Of a stretch of 64,000 nt of DNA, positions 13,900-27,746 are shown piece after piece. The notes beneath the pieces were generated by a model, which saw nothing but the letters and a program-made list of their open reading frames with translations, made no database searches and was not told the DNA's origin. Numbering within the stretch: the stretch's first letter is position 1; each line of letters opens with the position of its first letter. The translations under genes and the position numbers were made by a program. Where the stretch lies: positions 6,510,001 through 6,574,000 of the forward strand of contig OZ024766.1 of the NCBI GenBank assembly GCA_964016885.1. The letters are read 5' to 3'. The stretch is from Eledone cirrhosa. Lineage: Eukaryota.

Positions 13900-14780
13900 C
13901 CAGTAATACACTGGGGTTGATTTAATTAACTTACCCCTCCCCCAATCCCGCCGAGGTTGACTTTGCCTTTCATCCTTACGGGGTCGATAAAATAAAGTAC
14001 CAGTAATGCACTGGGATAATTGCTGGCCTTGTGCCAAAAGTAGAAACAATTATTACGGGGCTTTGATAAAATGAAGTACCAGTAATACACTGGGGTAATT
14101 TACTGGCCTTGTCCCTAAATCAGAACATCTTTATAGGGGCGATAAAATAAAGTACCAGTAATACACTGGGGTAATTGTTGGCCTTGTGCCAAAAGTAGAA
14201 ACAATTATTATTATTATTATTTACCGAAACTGTGGTTGATTGGCAGTATCGGTAGATTGTCGGACGCCATGCTTTGCAGCATAGAGTTACGGCCCTTTAC
14301 GTTCTCAGTTCAAATCCCGCCAAGCTTAACTTTGCCGAAACTGTGGTTGATTGGCAGTATCGGTAGATTGTCGGACGCCATGCTTTGCAGCATAGAGTTA
14401 CGGCCCTTTACGTTCTCAGTTCAAATCCCGCCAAGCTTAACTTTGCCGAAACTGTGGTTGATTGGCAGTATCGGTGGATTGTCGGACGCCATGCTTTGCA
14501 GCATAGAGTTACGGCCCTTTACGTTCTCAGTTCAAATCCCGCCAAGCTTAACTTTGCCGAAACTGTGGTTGATTGGCAGTATCGGTGGATTGTCGGACGC
14601 CATGCTTTGCGGCATAGAGTTACGGCCCTTTACGTTCTCAGTTCAAATCCCGCCAAGTTTAACTTTGCCTTTCTTCCTTACGGGGGTCAATAAAATAAAG
14701 TACCAGTCATGCACTGGGGTCGATTTAATCGACTTTCCGCCCTCCCCCAAAATTGCTGGCCCTGTGCCTAAAGTAGAAAT
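13900..14780 (+). mobile_element. SINE family B (Nin-domain-like) fragments plus a 4 x 111-bp array of its head
   Basis: GAGTTCAAATCCC B-box-like motif and GCCTTTCATCCTTACGGGGTCGATAAAATAAAGTACCAG core. Confidence 0.75.
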
Positions 14781-14807
14781 CCTTCCTTACTGAAATTATC
14801 TCCTAAA

Positions 14808-14842
<35 letters not shown>

Positions 14843-14845
14843 CAG

Positions 14846-15100
14846 ATACCGACAAACCCCAGGCCACGGAGATCGTGCCCTTCGTCGGCTGCATGAAGGA
14901 CCTGATGTACGAGAACTCGGCGGGGAAATATGTCCGCGCCGATGTGGAGATGTCCCCAAATATGACTGAAGGGTGCCACTATCTGTGCAACGAGGAAGAA
15001 GACCCTTGTCAACACAACAGCACCTGTGTCAGTCACTATGATCACATCACGTGCGAGTGCTTCGGTACGGACTTTGAGGGAGAGTACTGCGAAAAAGAAG
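14846..15100 (+). CDS. Exon 3, end of LamG1 plus EGF1 (FVGCMKDL...CQHNSTC...CECFGTDFEGEYC)
   Basis: poly-T-cag| and G|gtaaga; six-Cys EGF pattern. Confidence 0.92.
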
Positions 15101-15214
15101 GTAAGATCTCGTACAAACTCTCGTGGGAACTCCCGTGAATTCACGTGACTTTGTGAATTTTGCGAATTAGCAGTCTTAATGTTGTTAAATATATATATTA
15201 ACACCATTAAGACA

Positions 15215-15605
15215 AGCGGTGGATTGGCAGTATCGGTAGAGGGTCGGACGCCATGCTTTCCAGCATAGAGTTACGTCCCTTTACGATCTGAGTTCAAATC
15301 CCGCCGAGGTTGAATTTGCCTTTCTACCTTACGGGGTCGATAAAATAAAGTACCAGTAATGCACTGGGTTATTGCTGGCCTTGTGCCTAAAGTAGAAACA
15401 ATTATTATCTTTAAAATAAATAAAGAAACCATTTTGGCAGTATCGGTAGAGGGTCGGACGCCATGCTTTCCAGCATAGAGTTACGGCCCTTTACGGTCTG
15501 AGTTCAAATCCCGCCGAGGTTGACTTTGCCTTTCATCCTTACGGGGTCGATAAAATAAAAGTACCAGTAATGCACTGGGTAATTGCTAGAAAAGTAGAAA
15601 CAAAT
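15215..15605 (+). mobile_element. Two tandem SINE family B copies
   Basis: Same head and core motifs. Confidence 0.8.
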
Positions 15606-16333
15606 ATATATATTAACACCTACATTCATACGTGTGTGTACCTATGTATGTATATATATATATATAGCCGTGTAGGTAACACGGTAAAAACCTTCCAGTT
15701 CCACACTGTAAATGTGGTTGGTGTTAGGAAGGGCATCCAGCCGTAGAAAACCCGCCAGACAGTCCACGCTGTAATGTGGCCGTGTAGGTAGCATGGTAAA
15801 AACCTCCCAGCCCCACACTGTAATGAGGCCGTGTAGGTAACACGGTAAAAACCTCCCAGCCCCACACTGTAAATGTGGTTGGTGTTAGGAAGGGCATCCA
15901 GCCGTAGAAAACCCGCCAGACAGTCCACGCTGTAATGTGGCCGTGTAGGCAACACGGTAAAAACCTCCCAGCCGCACACTGTAAATGTGGTTGGTGTTAG
16001 GAAGGGCATCCAGCCGTAGAAAACCCGCCAGACAGTCCACGCTGTAATGAGGCCGTGTAGGTAACACGGTAAAAACCTCCCAGCCCCACACTGTAAATGT
16101 GGTTGGTGTTGGGAAGGGCATCCAGCCAGAGAAAACCCGCCAGACAGTCCTATGCGAGCAAGACAACCACTCTTGCCTCAAGTGGGAAAACTCCCGTCCA
16201 AACCCATGCGAGCGTGGAATATGGACGTTAAACGATGATGATGATGATATATATGAGGTCGTGTAGGTGTCGCGACAAAAGAAACACACAGTCCACGCTG
16301 TAATGTGGCCGTGTAGGTAACACGGTAAAAAAA

Positions 16334-16370
<37 letters not shown>

Positions 16371-16371
<1 letters not shown>

Positions 16372-16695
16372 CATCATCATCATTTCATTTTACGTCCGCT
16401 TTTTCCCTGCTTGCAAGGGTGGGACGGGAACTGATTCTGGCTTGATTTCTACAGATGGATGCCCTTCCTAACACCAACCTCATTTACAGTGAGTGCTGGG
16501 TGCTTTTTTGCCGTGGCACCTCCACGACCACTTTACAGTGGAATGATAGGGACCCCAGTCCTTATCATCTCATTTCTACAGCTGAGTAAACTGGAGCAAT
16601 GTGAAATAAAGTGTCTTGCTCAAGGAAACAACACATCGCCCGGTCTGAGAATTGAACTCACAACCAATGCTCTAACCACTAAGCCATGTGCCTCC
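16371..16695 (-). mobile_element. SINE family A (small deletion in head)
   Basis: Identity to the other copies. Confidence 0.85.
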
Positions 16696-17033
16696 TATAT
16701 ATATATATATATGAGGTCGTGTAGGTGTCGCGACAAAAAAAACACACAGCCCACGCTGTAATGTGGCCGTGTAGGTAACATAGTAAAAAATATATATTTT
16801 GTTAGAGGTGCCTACTGACTGTAGTAGGTTTCACTTTGTACTTAGGTAAGGTGGGTCTTCTGTATTACTGTGTAGCGCCAAAGATCTCGGTCCAGTGACA
16901 TTGTCTTGGAGAGGTGTAAGTGTGTGAGGTCGGAATTTATCAAGTCATCCCAGGTTTTTCTGGGTCTGCCTACTCCGTAGCTACCGTCTATCTTTATTGC
17001 CCTGCACTTTTTTATATATGTACATATATATAC

Positions 17034-17064
<31 letters not shown>

Positions 17065-17070
17065 CATCTC

Positions 17071-17130
<60 letters not shown>

Positions 17131-18401
17131 TGTATGTATGTATGTATGTATGTATGTATGTATGTATGTATGTATGTATGTATGTATATAATATAATATA
17201 TATATATATATATACCCTTGCAAGCAGGGAAAAGCGGACGTAAAATGATGGTGATGATGATATATATATACATACATATATATATATATATATACATACA
17301 TATATATATATATACATACATATATATACATATATATACATACATATATACATATATATATATACATGCACATATATATATATATACATACATATATATA
17401 TATATATACATACATGAGCAGTACTATCACCACCACCACACAACACCACCAGCACCACACAACCCCCCCCCCCCCCCCACACCACCCCCACCCACCACCC
17501 CCACCACCACCACACCACCACCACCACCACCACCACCACACAACACCACACCACACCACCACACAACACCACACCACCACCACCACCACCACACCACACA
17601 ACACCACCACCACCACCACCACCACACCACACAACACCACACCACCACACAACACCACACCACCACCACCACCACCACCACACCACACAACACCACCACC
17701 ACCACCACCACCACACCACACCACACCACACCACCACACAACACCACACCACCACCACCACCACCACACCACACAACACCACCACCACCACCACCACCAC
17801 ACCACACAACACCACACCACACCACCACACAACACCACACCACCACACAACACCACACCACACCACCACCACCACACCACCACCACCACACAACACCACC
17901 ACCACCACCACACCACACAACACCACACCACCACACAACACCACACCACCACCACCACCACCACACCACACAACACCACCACCACCACCACCACCACACC
18001 ACACCACACCACACCACCACACAACACCACACCACCACCACCACCACCACACCACACAACACCACCACCACCACCACCACCACACCACACAACACCACAC
18101 CACACCACCACACAACACCACACCACCACACAACACCACACCACACCACCACCACCACACCACCACCACCACACAACACCACCACCACCACCAATTATCA
18201 CCAACACCACCACCATGGCCACCACCACTAAATGGAAGACCACCAGTGAACAACACAAGTCTCTGCTTTCTGGTACAAATTTGCTGATCTGTATCAAATA
18301 TCTGTGGAGATGTGTGTGGTGTGTGTGTGTGTGTCTGTGTGTGTCTGTGTGTCTGTGTGTGTGTGTGTGGGGGGTCTGTGTGTGTGTGTGGGGGGGGGGG
18401 G

Positions 18402-18433
<32 letters not shown>

Positions 18434-18679
18434 CTGTGTGTGTGTGTGTGTGTCTGTGTCTGTGTGTGTGTGTGTATGTCTGTGTGGTGTGGAGATGTAT
18501 GTATGTGTGGTGGTGGTGTTGGTGGTGGCGTTGGTGTTGATGGTGGTGGTGGCGTTGGTGTTGGTGGTGGTGGCGTTGGTGTTGGTGGTGGTGGTATTGT
18601 GGTAGTAGTGTGGTGGTGGTGCAGGGGGGTAATGGAATTCCTTCAAATTAATCTAACAGATTTTTATTAGGGAGGCAGC

Positions 18680-19040
18680 ACCAGTGGTAGGGTCTAGTGG
18701 TGGGAGTGAGTGTAGGGTCTGGGGGTGGGGGTGAGGGTAGGGTCTGGGGGTGAGGGTAGGGTCTGGTGTGGGGGTGAGGGTAGGGTCTGGGGGTGAGGGT
18801 AGTGTCTGGTGGTGGGAGTGAGGGTAGGGTCTGGTGGTGGGGGTGAGGGTAGGGTCCGGTGGTGGGAGTGAGGGTAGGGTCTGGGGGTGGGGGTGAGGGT
18901 AGGCTCTGGGGGTGAGGGTAGGGTCTGGTGTGGGGGTGAGGGTAGGGTCTGGTGGTGGGAGTGAGGGTAGGGTGTGGGGTGATAGTAGGGTCTGGCGGTG
19001 GGAGTGAGGGTAGGGTCTGGAGGTGAGGGTAGTGTCTGCG
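18680..19040 (+). repeat. G-rich minisatellite
   Basis: Variants of gggggtgagggtagggtct. Confidence 0.85.
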
Positions 19041-19267
19041 GTGGAAGGTGCACCGGCGCAGGGCTGGTGTTGGGGAAGTGGGACTGGGCCGAACACACAC
19101 AGACAGATTTGGCTTTCATTCAAATATATATATATTTTTTTTTTTTATTAATGGTGGTGGTCATGGTTGTATTGGTGGTGCTGTGTATGGCAGTGGTGTG
19201 GTGGTGATGTTGATGGTGGTGGTGGTAGTGCGTATGGCAGTGGTGGTGGTGATGGTGGTGGTGTTCT

Positions 19268-20340
19268 CTAAAGAGAAGGCCCAATCACTCGGGCCATTCT
19301 CGCCACATTCACCCACCTTTCAGTAAATTTACTGGGGTGCAGTGCCTCTCTCTCCACCCTGATTCTCCTTCTAAAGTGGTACCTAAAGAAGGGAATGAGT
19401 TGTTGTCCGGAGAGAAAGGCATCTGTCCTCAGTCCTCTCAACCTCGTCCACCATATAACACCTTTCAGTAAATTTACTGGGGTGCAGTGCCTCTCTCTCT
19501 CCACTCTGATTCTCCTTCTAAAGTGGTACCTAAAGAAGGGAATGAGTTGTTGTCCGGAGAGAAAGGCATCTGTCCTCAGTCCTCTCAACCTCGTCCACCA
19601 TATAACACCTTTCAGTAAATTTACTGGGGTGCAGTGCCTCTCTCTCTCCACTCTGATTCTCCTTCTAAAGTGGTACCTAAAGAAGGGAATGAGTTGTTGT
19701 CCGGAGAGAAAGGCATCTGTCCTCAGTCCTCTCAACCTCGTCCACCATATAACACCTTTCAGTAAATTTACTGGGGTGCAGTGCCTCTCTCTCCACCCTG
19801 ATTCTCCTTCTAAAGTGGTACCTAAAGAAGGGAATGAGTTGTTGTCCGGAGAGAAAGGCATCTGTCCTCAGTCCTCTCAACCTCGTCCACCATATAACAC
19901 CTTTCAGTAAAGTTACTGGGGTGCAGTGCCTCTCTCTCCACTCTGATTCTCCTTCTAAAGTGGTACCTAAAGAAGGGAATGAGTTGTTGTCCGGAGAGAA
20001 AGGCATCTGTCCTCAGTCCTCTCAATCTCGTCCACCATATAACACCTTTCAGTAAAGTTACTGGGGTGCAGTGCCTCTCTCTCCACTCTGATTCTCCTTC
20101 TAAAGTGGTACCTAAAGAAGGGAATGAGTTGTTGTCCGGAGAGAAAGGCATCTGTCCTCAGTCCTCTCAATCTCGTCCACCATATAACACCTTTCAGTAA
20201 AGTTACTGGGGTGCAGTGCCTCTCTCTCCACCCTGATTCTCCTTCTAAAGTGGTACCTAAAGAAGGGAATGAGTTGTTGTCCGGAGAGAAAGGCATCTGT
20301 CCTCAGTCCTTTCAATCTCATCCACCATATAACACCTTTC
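19268..20340 (-). repeat. ~7 x 145-147-bp array made from the same LINE ORF end
   Basis: Reverse complement matches 4795-4895; translation KGVIWWTR...FFRYHFRRRIRVER. Confidence 0.8.
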
Positions 20341-20632
20341 ACTGTAGCCCCACTATACAAAGGAAATGAGAGAGAGGTAGAGAGAGGAAGTGAGAGAGAG
20401 GAAATGAGATATTGGGGAAGAATTGACCCCAGTACCAGACTGGTACTTTTTTTTTTATTGACCTTGAAAGGATGAAAGGCAAAGTTGACCTCGGCGGGAT
20501 TTGAACTCAGTGAGCCTGAGCTGAAATTATAAAACGTCCTCTCTGACGTTCTAATGACTCTGTCAGTACACCTCCTTACACTCTTGTATAACCTGTACTA
20601 ATTAATAATTGCTGTTCTGTTTCAATTCCCAG

Positions 20633-20739
20633 GTGTGACCCAGGTAACATTGAGGGGCTATGAGTGGTTAACATACCAGTTATATACGAACAAACTGGAC
20701 CCTGCTATCCAGATTGCCAGAGTTAGCATGGAGTTTAAG
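20633..20739 (+). CDS. Exon 4, LamG2 start (VTLRGYEWLTYQLY...SMEFK)
   Basis: cccag| and AAG|gtaagg; phase 1-0; not in the ORF track. Confidence 0.88.
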
Positions 20740-21029
20740 GTAAGGGCTGGACTTAAATATTGCTGGTTTCTGCTGTTGTTGTTGTTACTGTTGTGAGATA
20801 TTGCGGGGTATGGTTGGAAATATCGATACCTCTAAACAGCCCTGTTGACCATAATGTAACACAATGATGAAACACGTGTTACAATGTATAATTAAATAAT
20901 TGTTTTTCTCATTACACCTTGTATGTTTTTTCCTAACAAATTAACTTATATTTTTCATCACACACACACACACACATTTATTTATTTACACATATTTTTT
21001 TTTCTTTTCCATCTACGCTATATTTACAG

Positions 21030-21187
21030 ACAGCACGTAACACTGGAATCCTGCTCTATGCTGTAGGTGGCTCTCCTACATATTCCCACATTATCGCTCT
21101 CTTAAACAGTGGCTTCGTTAATGTCTCCATCTCGTTTGATAATGTTGACTACGACTTTAGTATCAGTATAGAAATGGAGAAAAAATA
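21030..21187 (+). CDS. Exon 5, LamG2 ([14 protein letters not shown]...)
   Basis: tacag| and TA|gtgagt; phase 0-2. Confidence 0.88.
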
Positions 21188-21200
21188 GTGAGTATATTAC

Positions 21201-21249
<49 letters not shown>

Positions 21250-21402
21250 TATATATACACATATATATATATACATACACACTGATATATATATATATAT
21301 ATACACACACACTTATATATATATATATATACACACATACAGATGAATCTGTTTAGGGTGAAAGCAGAAATTCTTTGTTTAAACTTTTATGAATTGTACT
21401 AA

Positions 21403-21450
<48 letters not shown>

Positions 21451-21617
21451 TGCCCCCTCGTTATCGAGTATGGCCATTGCACGAGGAGAAAAAAAATAAA
21501 ATTAAAATAAAAATAAAAAAAGAAATATATACACACACACACACACTGTGTCCCAAAGATGTTTACACACTTTGCTTCGAAAACTGTTGAAGTGTATATA
21601 CATTTTTTTGGAACACC

Positions 21618-21673
<56 letters not shown>

Positions 21674-21704
21674 AAATGTGTGTAATCCTTGGTACAGTTA
21701 GGTA

Positions 21705-21980
21705 TATTAAGACAGGGGGGAAGAAAAAAATGGCTTCACTTGTGCTTTCAACAAATTTATTTTTTTCACAAAATCCAAAAAGAATTTTTTTCCGGATTAG
21801 AAAAAAATTTTTTTTTTAAATTTTTTCTAATCCGGAAAAAAATTCTTTTTGGATTAGAAAAAATTTAAAAAAAAAAATTTTTTTCTAATCCGGAAAAAAA
21901 TTCTTTTTGGATTTTGTGAAAAAAATAAATTTGTTGAAAGCACAAGTGAAGCCATTTTTTTCTTCCCCCCTGTCTTAATA
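21705..21980. repeat. Long inverted repeat (foldback) with nested internal hairpins
   Basis: ttaagacaggggggaag... versus ...cttcccccctgtcttaa; ~125-bp arms. Confidence 0.9.
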
Positions 21981-22119
21981 TATATATATATATACACACA
22001 CATACACACATATACACACACACATACACACATATACACACACACACACTAACACCGTTAACATATTTCTCTGTCCTGTTTTTCAGCCTCCATGGGTAAG
22101 AAATTGAGATTGTGTCTGC

Positions 22120-22165
<46 letters not shown>

Positions 22166-22179
22166 TCTCTTAGATGCAG

Positions 22180-23360
22180 TTGTCCCAAAGCAAATGACTA
22201 TAATAATTGTTTCTACTTTTGGCACAAGGCCAGCAATTACCCCCCCAGTGTATTAAATTGACCCCAGTGAATTGCTGGTACTTTATTTTATCGACCCCCC
22301 GTATGGATGAAAAGCAAAGCTAACCTCAGCAGGATTAGAACACAGAACGCAAAGGGCCGTAACTCTATGCTGCAAAGCATGTTATCCGAACCCAACTGAT
22401 ACTGCCAATGGTTTATGGTCTAAGCACAAGGCGAGCAATTACCCCAGTGTATTACTGGTACTTTATTTTATCGACCCCGTAAGGATGAAAGACAAAGCTA
22501 ACCTCAGCAGAATTAGCAAATAGAACATAAAGGGCCGTAACTCTATGCTGCAAACCCAACTGATACTGCCAATGGTTTATGGTCTAAGCACAAGGCGAGC
22601 AATTACCCCAGTGTATTACTGGTACTTTATTTTATCGACCCCGTAAGGATGAAAGGCAAAGCTAACCTCGGCGGGATTTGAACTCAGAACGTAAAGGGCC
22701 GTAACTCTATGCTAGAAAGCATGGCGTCCGACCCTCTACCGATGCTGCCAATCCACCAACTATAATCATAGTGAATTATTAGCACTAGGGTCCAGTAAGT
22801 ACCAGTAATTCACTGGGGTAATTGCTCGCCTTGTGCTTAGACCATAAACCATTGGCAGTATCAGTTGGGTTCGGATAATATGCTTTGCAGCATAGAGTTA
22901 CGGCCCTTTAACCAGCAAGACTTTAATCTTCCCTTAAATTGCTGGCCTTGTGCCTCTATCATATACTATTGGCAGTATCGGTTCGGCATTGGATAATATG
23001 CTATGCAGCACAGAGTTACGGCCCTTTATGTTCTATTTTCTAATCCTGCTGAGGTTAGCTTTGCTTTGCTTTTCAACATTACGTCGGTTGATAAAATCAA
23101 GTACCAGTAATTCACTGCGGTAATTGCTTGCCTTGTGCTTAGACCATAAACCATTGGCAGTATCAGTTGGGTTCGGATAATATGCTTTGCAGCATAGAGT
23201 TACGGCCCTTTGCGTTCTATGTTCTAACCCTGCTGAGGTTAGCTTTGCTTTTCATCCATACGGGGATCGATAAAATAAAGTACCAGCAATTCACTGGGGT
23301 CAATTTAATCACCTTTCACCTTCCCTAAAAATAATTATTATGGTCACTTGTCTTGGGAGC
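22180..23360. mobile_element. SINE family B cluster arranged as a large imperfect inverted repeat
   Basis: Minus copies ~22250-22760 and plus copies ~22795-23310. Confidence 0.75.
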
Positions 23361-23781
23361 GCTACATTATTTCAAAACTTTTCTGTAAATGCTTTTTAAG
23401 CCAACTGGATATTTACAGTTCAAGCCACAGGCTACTTTAAAATCTTGTCGGAAGATGGCATACCTGTGATTAGGTGGGACCCAGAAGGTTCGGAGTTTGA
23501 TTTCCTCCTTGGTACACCTGGGTTATTTTATTTATTTTTTTTTTATTTTTTTATTTTTATTTTTTTGAATTTTTTTGGGGGGGTATTTCTTATGTTATTT
23601 TGGGTTGTTTTTTTTTGCCATCTCCAGGTGGTGGAGGGTGTCGGTGGGTGTGGTTATTTTGATTGGCTTATAAGTAACTTTATCATATTGTTGGTTTGAG
23701 TTTTGTACCTGTCTGTCTGCCAGTCTGTCGGTCGGTCGGTATATCTATTTCTCTGTCTGTCTGCCAGTCTGTCAGTCGGTA

Positions 23782-23816
<35 letters not shown>

Positions 23817-23965
23817 GTCCCCTTCTTTTGTGCCCCTGTGGCTAATAAAGAAATATATCTATCTATCTATCTGTATCTCTGCCTGTCTGTTTGTTTGCCT
23901 GTTGGTTGGTATATCTATCTTTGTATGCATTTATCTATCTCTCTATCTATCTACTGATCTATCTC

Positions 23966-24026
<61 letters not shown>

Positions 24027-24418
24027 AAGGAAATATATCTATCCATCTATTCATCTATCTATCTGTTTGTCTATATATCTATCTGTCTATCATTTGTTTT
24101 TGCTTTGAACTGTTTCCATTTCACATTTGACAAGAGGGTTTTAACCCCGAAATATATCATGTTGAAATATATAGGGTAAAACATTACCTTGTTTTGTTTT
24201 ATTTGTCATTTTTCTTCCCATATATATTTCTACCACATTCTACCAGCTTTCTCAAACTTATCAGTCATTTATTAGATATCTCACAATTCTTCTTATTCAA
24301 GCATTAAACTAATATATTCCTTCCATATACTGTACTGTTTGTGTTATTATTTCTGTTCACCTTTTACAGCTAGCTATCAAAACGGCTGGAGCTCAGCCGT
24401 CGGGGTCCTGACTCTTTT

Positions 24419-24457
<39 letters not shown>

Positions 24458-24611
24458 ACACATACACACACACATGTATATGTATGTGTATATATATATA
24501 TACATATATGTATATACACATACACCACACGTGCACACTCACACACACACACATACAGATATATATATATATATATAAAGAGAGATATACATATGTGTGT
24601 GTATGTGTATG

Positions 24612-24659
<48 letters not shown>

Positions 24660-24814
24660 TATATATATATATACATACATACACACATATATATATATAT
24701 ATATATACATACACATATATATATATACATATATATATATATACATACACATATATATACATACACATATATATATATATATATACATACACACATATAT
24801 ATATATATATACAT

Positions 24815-24852
<38 letters not shown>

Positions 24853-24889
24853 ACACATATATATATATATATATATACACATACACACA

Positions 24890-24931
<42 letters not shown>

Positions 24932-25186
24932 CACACATATATATATATGCATACACATATATATATATATACATACACACATATATATATATATATATAT
25001 ATACATATATACATATATATATATATATACACATATACAAACACATACATATATACATATATACACACATACACACACACATATTCACACACACATACAT
25101 ACATACATACATACATCTATACATATATCTATGCATATATATATGCAGATATTTACCATGACCCTTTCTTTCCACCTTTCCACCAG

Positions 25187-25332
25187 TTGGCACAACCTCA
25201 CCCTGGTTCATGAAGGGCCGGAGATGTTTGTCCACTTGGACAACAAGACCATCAAGAAAACAGTCCAGAACTTTCTCAACCTTGACCCTCACGTTTATTT
25301 TGGTGGAGGTAAAAATTTTGTCAAGACGAAAG
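25187..25332 (+). CDS. Exon 6, LamG2 (WHNLTLVH...VYFGGG)
   Basis: accag| and G|gtaagt; phase 2-1. Confidence 0.9.
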
Positions 25333-25572
25333 GTAAGTTGATTGATTTTTACCTGTAACTGATTGATTGACCCCTGTTAGAGGTTTCTGTGGGGTTTTTT
25401 TAAAAAAAAAACAACCACAAGGTATTGAAGATATGCAATGTTTTGTTTATGTTTATAATAATACAGGGCTTCCCCCAAAAATGTATACACACTTTGATTA
25501 CCTGTACAGGTAATATTTATTAGAATGTATATATAAATATATATATACTATATACATATATGTATATATAAA

Positions 25573-25623
<51 letters not shown>

Positions 25624-25927
25624 GATATATATATATGTATATATAGATATATATGTATGTATATATATATATGTGTGTATGTATATATATATATGTGTGT
25701 ATGTGTATATATATGTATATATAGATATATATCTATGTATATATGTATATATGTATATATATATACACACATATATACACACATATATATATATATATAT
25801 ATACACACACATATATATATACACATATATATATACACACACATATATATATATATATATACACATATATATATGTGTGTGTGTATATATATATGTGTGT
25901 GTGTGTGTATATATATATAGGTTTATA

Positions 25928-25958
<31 letters not shown>

Positions 25959-26035
25959 GTGTGTGTGTATATATATATGTGCATATATATATATATATAT
26001 ATATATTGTGTGTGTGTATATATATATACACACAA

Positions 26036-26098
<63 letters not shown>

Positions 26099-26194
26099 CA
26101 CACGCATATATATATAAACACACACATACACACACACACACACACATATATATATACACACACACACACATATATATACACACACACACACACA

Positions 26195-26264
<70 letters not shown>

Positions 26265-26304
26265 CTCACCATTCACCATCCTGCGCTCATTGTTTCTATT
26301 GCAG

Positions 26305-26624
26305 GACTGGAGGTGACCCAGAACTTCATCGGGTGCCTGCGCAACGTTTACTTCAACGACCGGTCCATCCTCTATGACCTGCGCTATGGCACCGGGTCTA
26401 CGCAGTACCACGGCGGCACTGCCGTCAACTACGGGTGCAACTCCATCCGCGACACGCCGCTCTCGTTTCCGCACATCGGCACCATGTTGACTCTGCAGAA
26501 CTCCGCCAGCGATGACCTCGACGTCCAGCTGGAGTTCCGAACCATCAACGAGTCGGCCGTCCTCCTCCACACCAACCTGATGACCTTCAACAGCCTGGAG
26601 GGCCACGACATCGGCTCCTTGCAG
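26305..26624 (+). CDS. Exon 7, end of LamG2 / start of LamG3 (NFIGCLRNVYFN...LEFRT)
   Basis: tgcag| and CAG|gtagga; phase 1-0. Confidence 0.92.
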
Positions 26625-26699
26625 GTAGGAGAGGGGAAGGGGCAGACAACTCTGTTCTTTATAATCTCCTCCTCTAACCCTCCGCCGCTCCACCCCCTC

Positions 26700-27030
26700 T
26701 CCCTCCACGTGTACAACGCCCCTCCCCCCTCTCCCTCCACGTGTACAACGCCCCTCCCCCCTCTCGCTTACCCCCTCCACGTGTACGCACCTTCTCCCTT
26801 CCCCCTCCACGTGTACACCCCCCTCTCCCTTACCCCTCCACGTGTACACCCCCTCTCCCTTACCCCTCCACGTGTACACCCCCCTTTCCCTTCCCCCTCC
26901 ACGTGTACACCCCCTCTCCCTTCCCCCTCCACGTGTACACCCCCCTTTCCCTTCCCCCTCCACGTGTACACCCCCTCTCCCTTACCCCTCCACGTGTACA
27001 CATCTTCTCCCTCCCCCCTCCACGTGTACA
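26700..27030. repeat. ~10 x ~31-bp C-rich minisatellite
   Basis: Core ccccctccacgtgtaca. Confidence 0.85.
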
Positions 27031-27555
27031 TCCCCCCTCCTCCCACATAGTACGCACCTATTTAACCCCCCCCCCCCCTCCCATTCCCCTCCTCCGATAT
27101 ACCCCACACCTACACCCTACACACACGCCCACCCATACGCCCTCCATCACCCCAGCCCTGCACATGTACACACACCCACATCCCCCCCACACCTCCATCA
27201 CCCCCACTCCACCCCACCCCAACACACACACATCACCATACACCCTATTTTCCAATAGTTACCCCCAGCTGGTGTATGTTACCTGTTAATTAGTTGTATT
27301 TACCTGTATGTTACCTGTTAATTAGCTGTATTTACCTGTATGTTACCTGTTAATTAGCTGTATTACTTGTATGTCCCCTGTTAATCACCTGTTAAATACC
27401 TTTTTCCCCTATTTCAAGTGTTATTAAGCAATGGTTACCTGTATATTATCTGCTAATTACCTCTCCCTGCCCCTATTTGAGGTACTATTATCTAGTAGTT
27501 ACTCCCAGTTGGTGTATGTCACCTGTTAATCACCTGTTAATCACCTCTATTTCAG

Positions 27556-27692
27556 GTGTTATTAAGCAAAGGTCACCCTCAATTGGTGTTCCTGCCTCTC
27601 CGTAAGAAACAAAACATCACACAAACTGTAACTTTTGATAATCACGTCAACGACAATCTCTGGCATTCCTTGAATCTGACTTTCCGGAACAG
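27556..27692 (+). CDS. Exon 8, LamG3 (VNDNLWHSLNL)
   Basis: ttcag| and AG|gtgagt; phase 0-2. Confidence 0.88.
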
Positions 27693-27746
27693 GTGAGTAT
27701 TGGGGGGGGGGGGTTGTTGTGTGTATATATATATATATATATATAT

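Noticed and set aside
18680-19040. Interstitial telomeric repeat
   Set aside because: Units are tgagggtagggtct variants, not (TTAGGG)n
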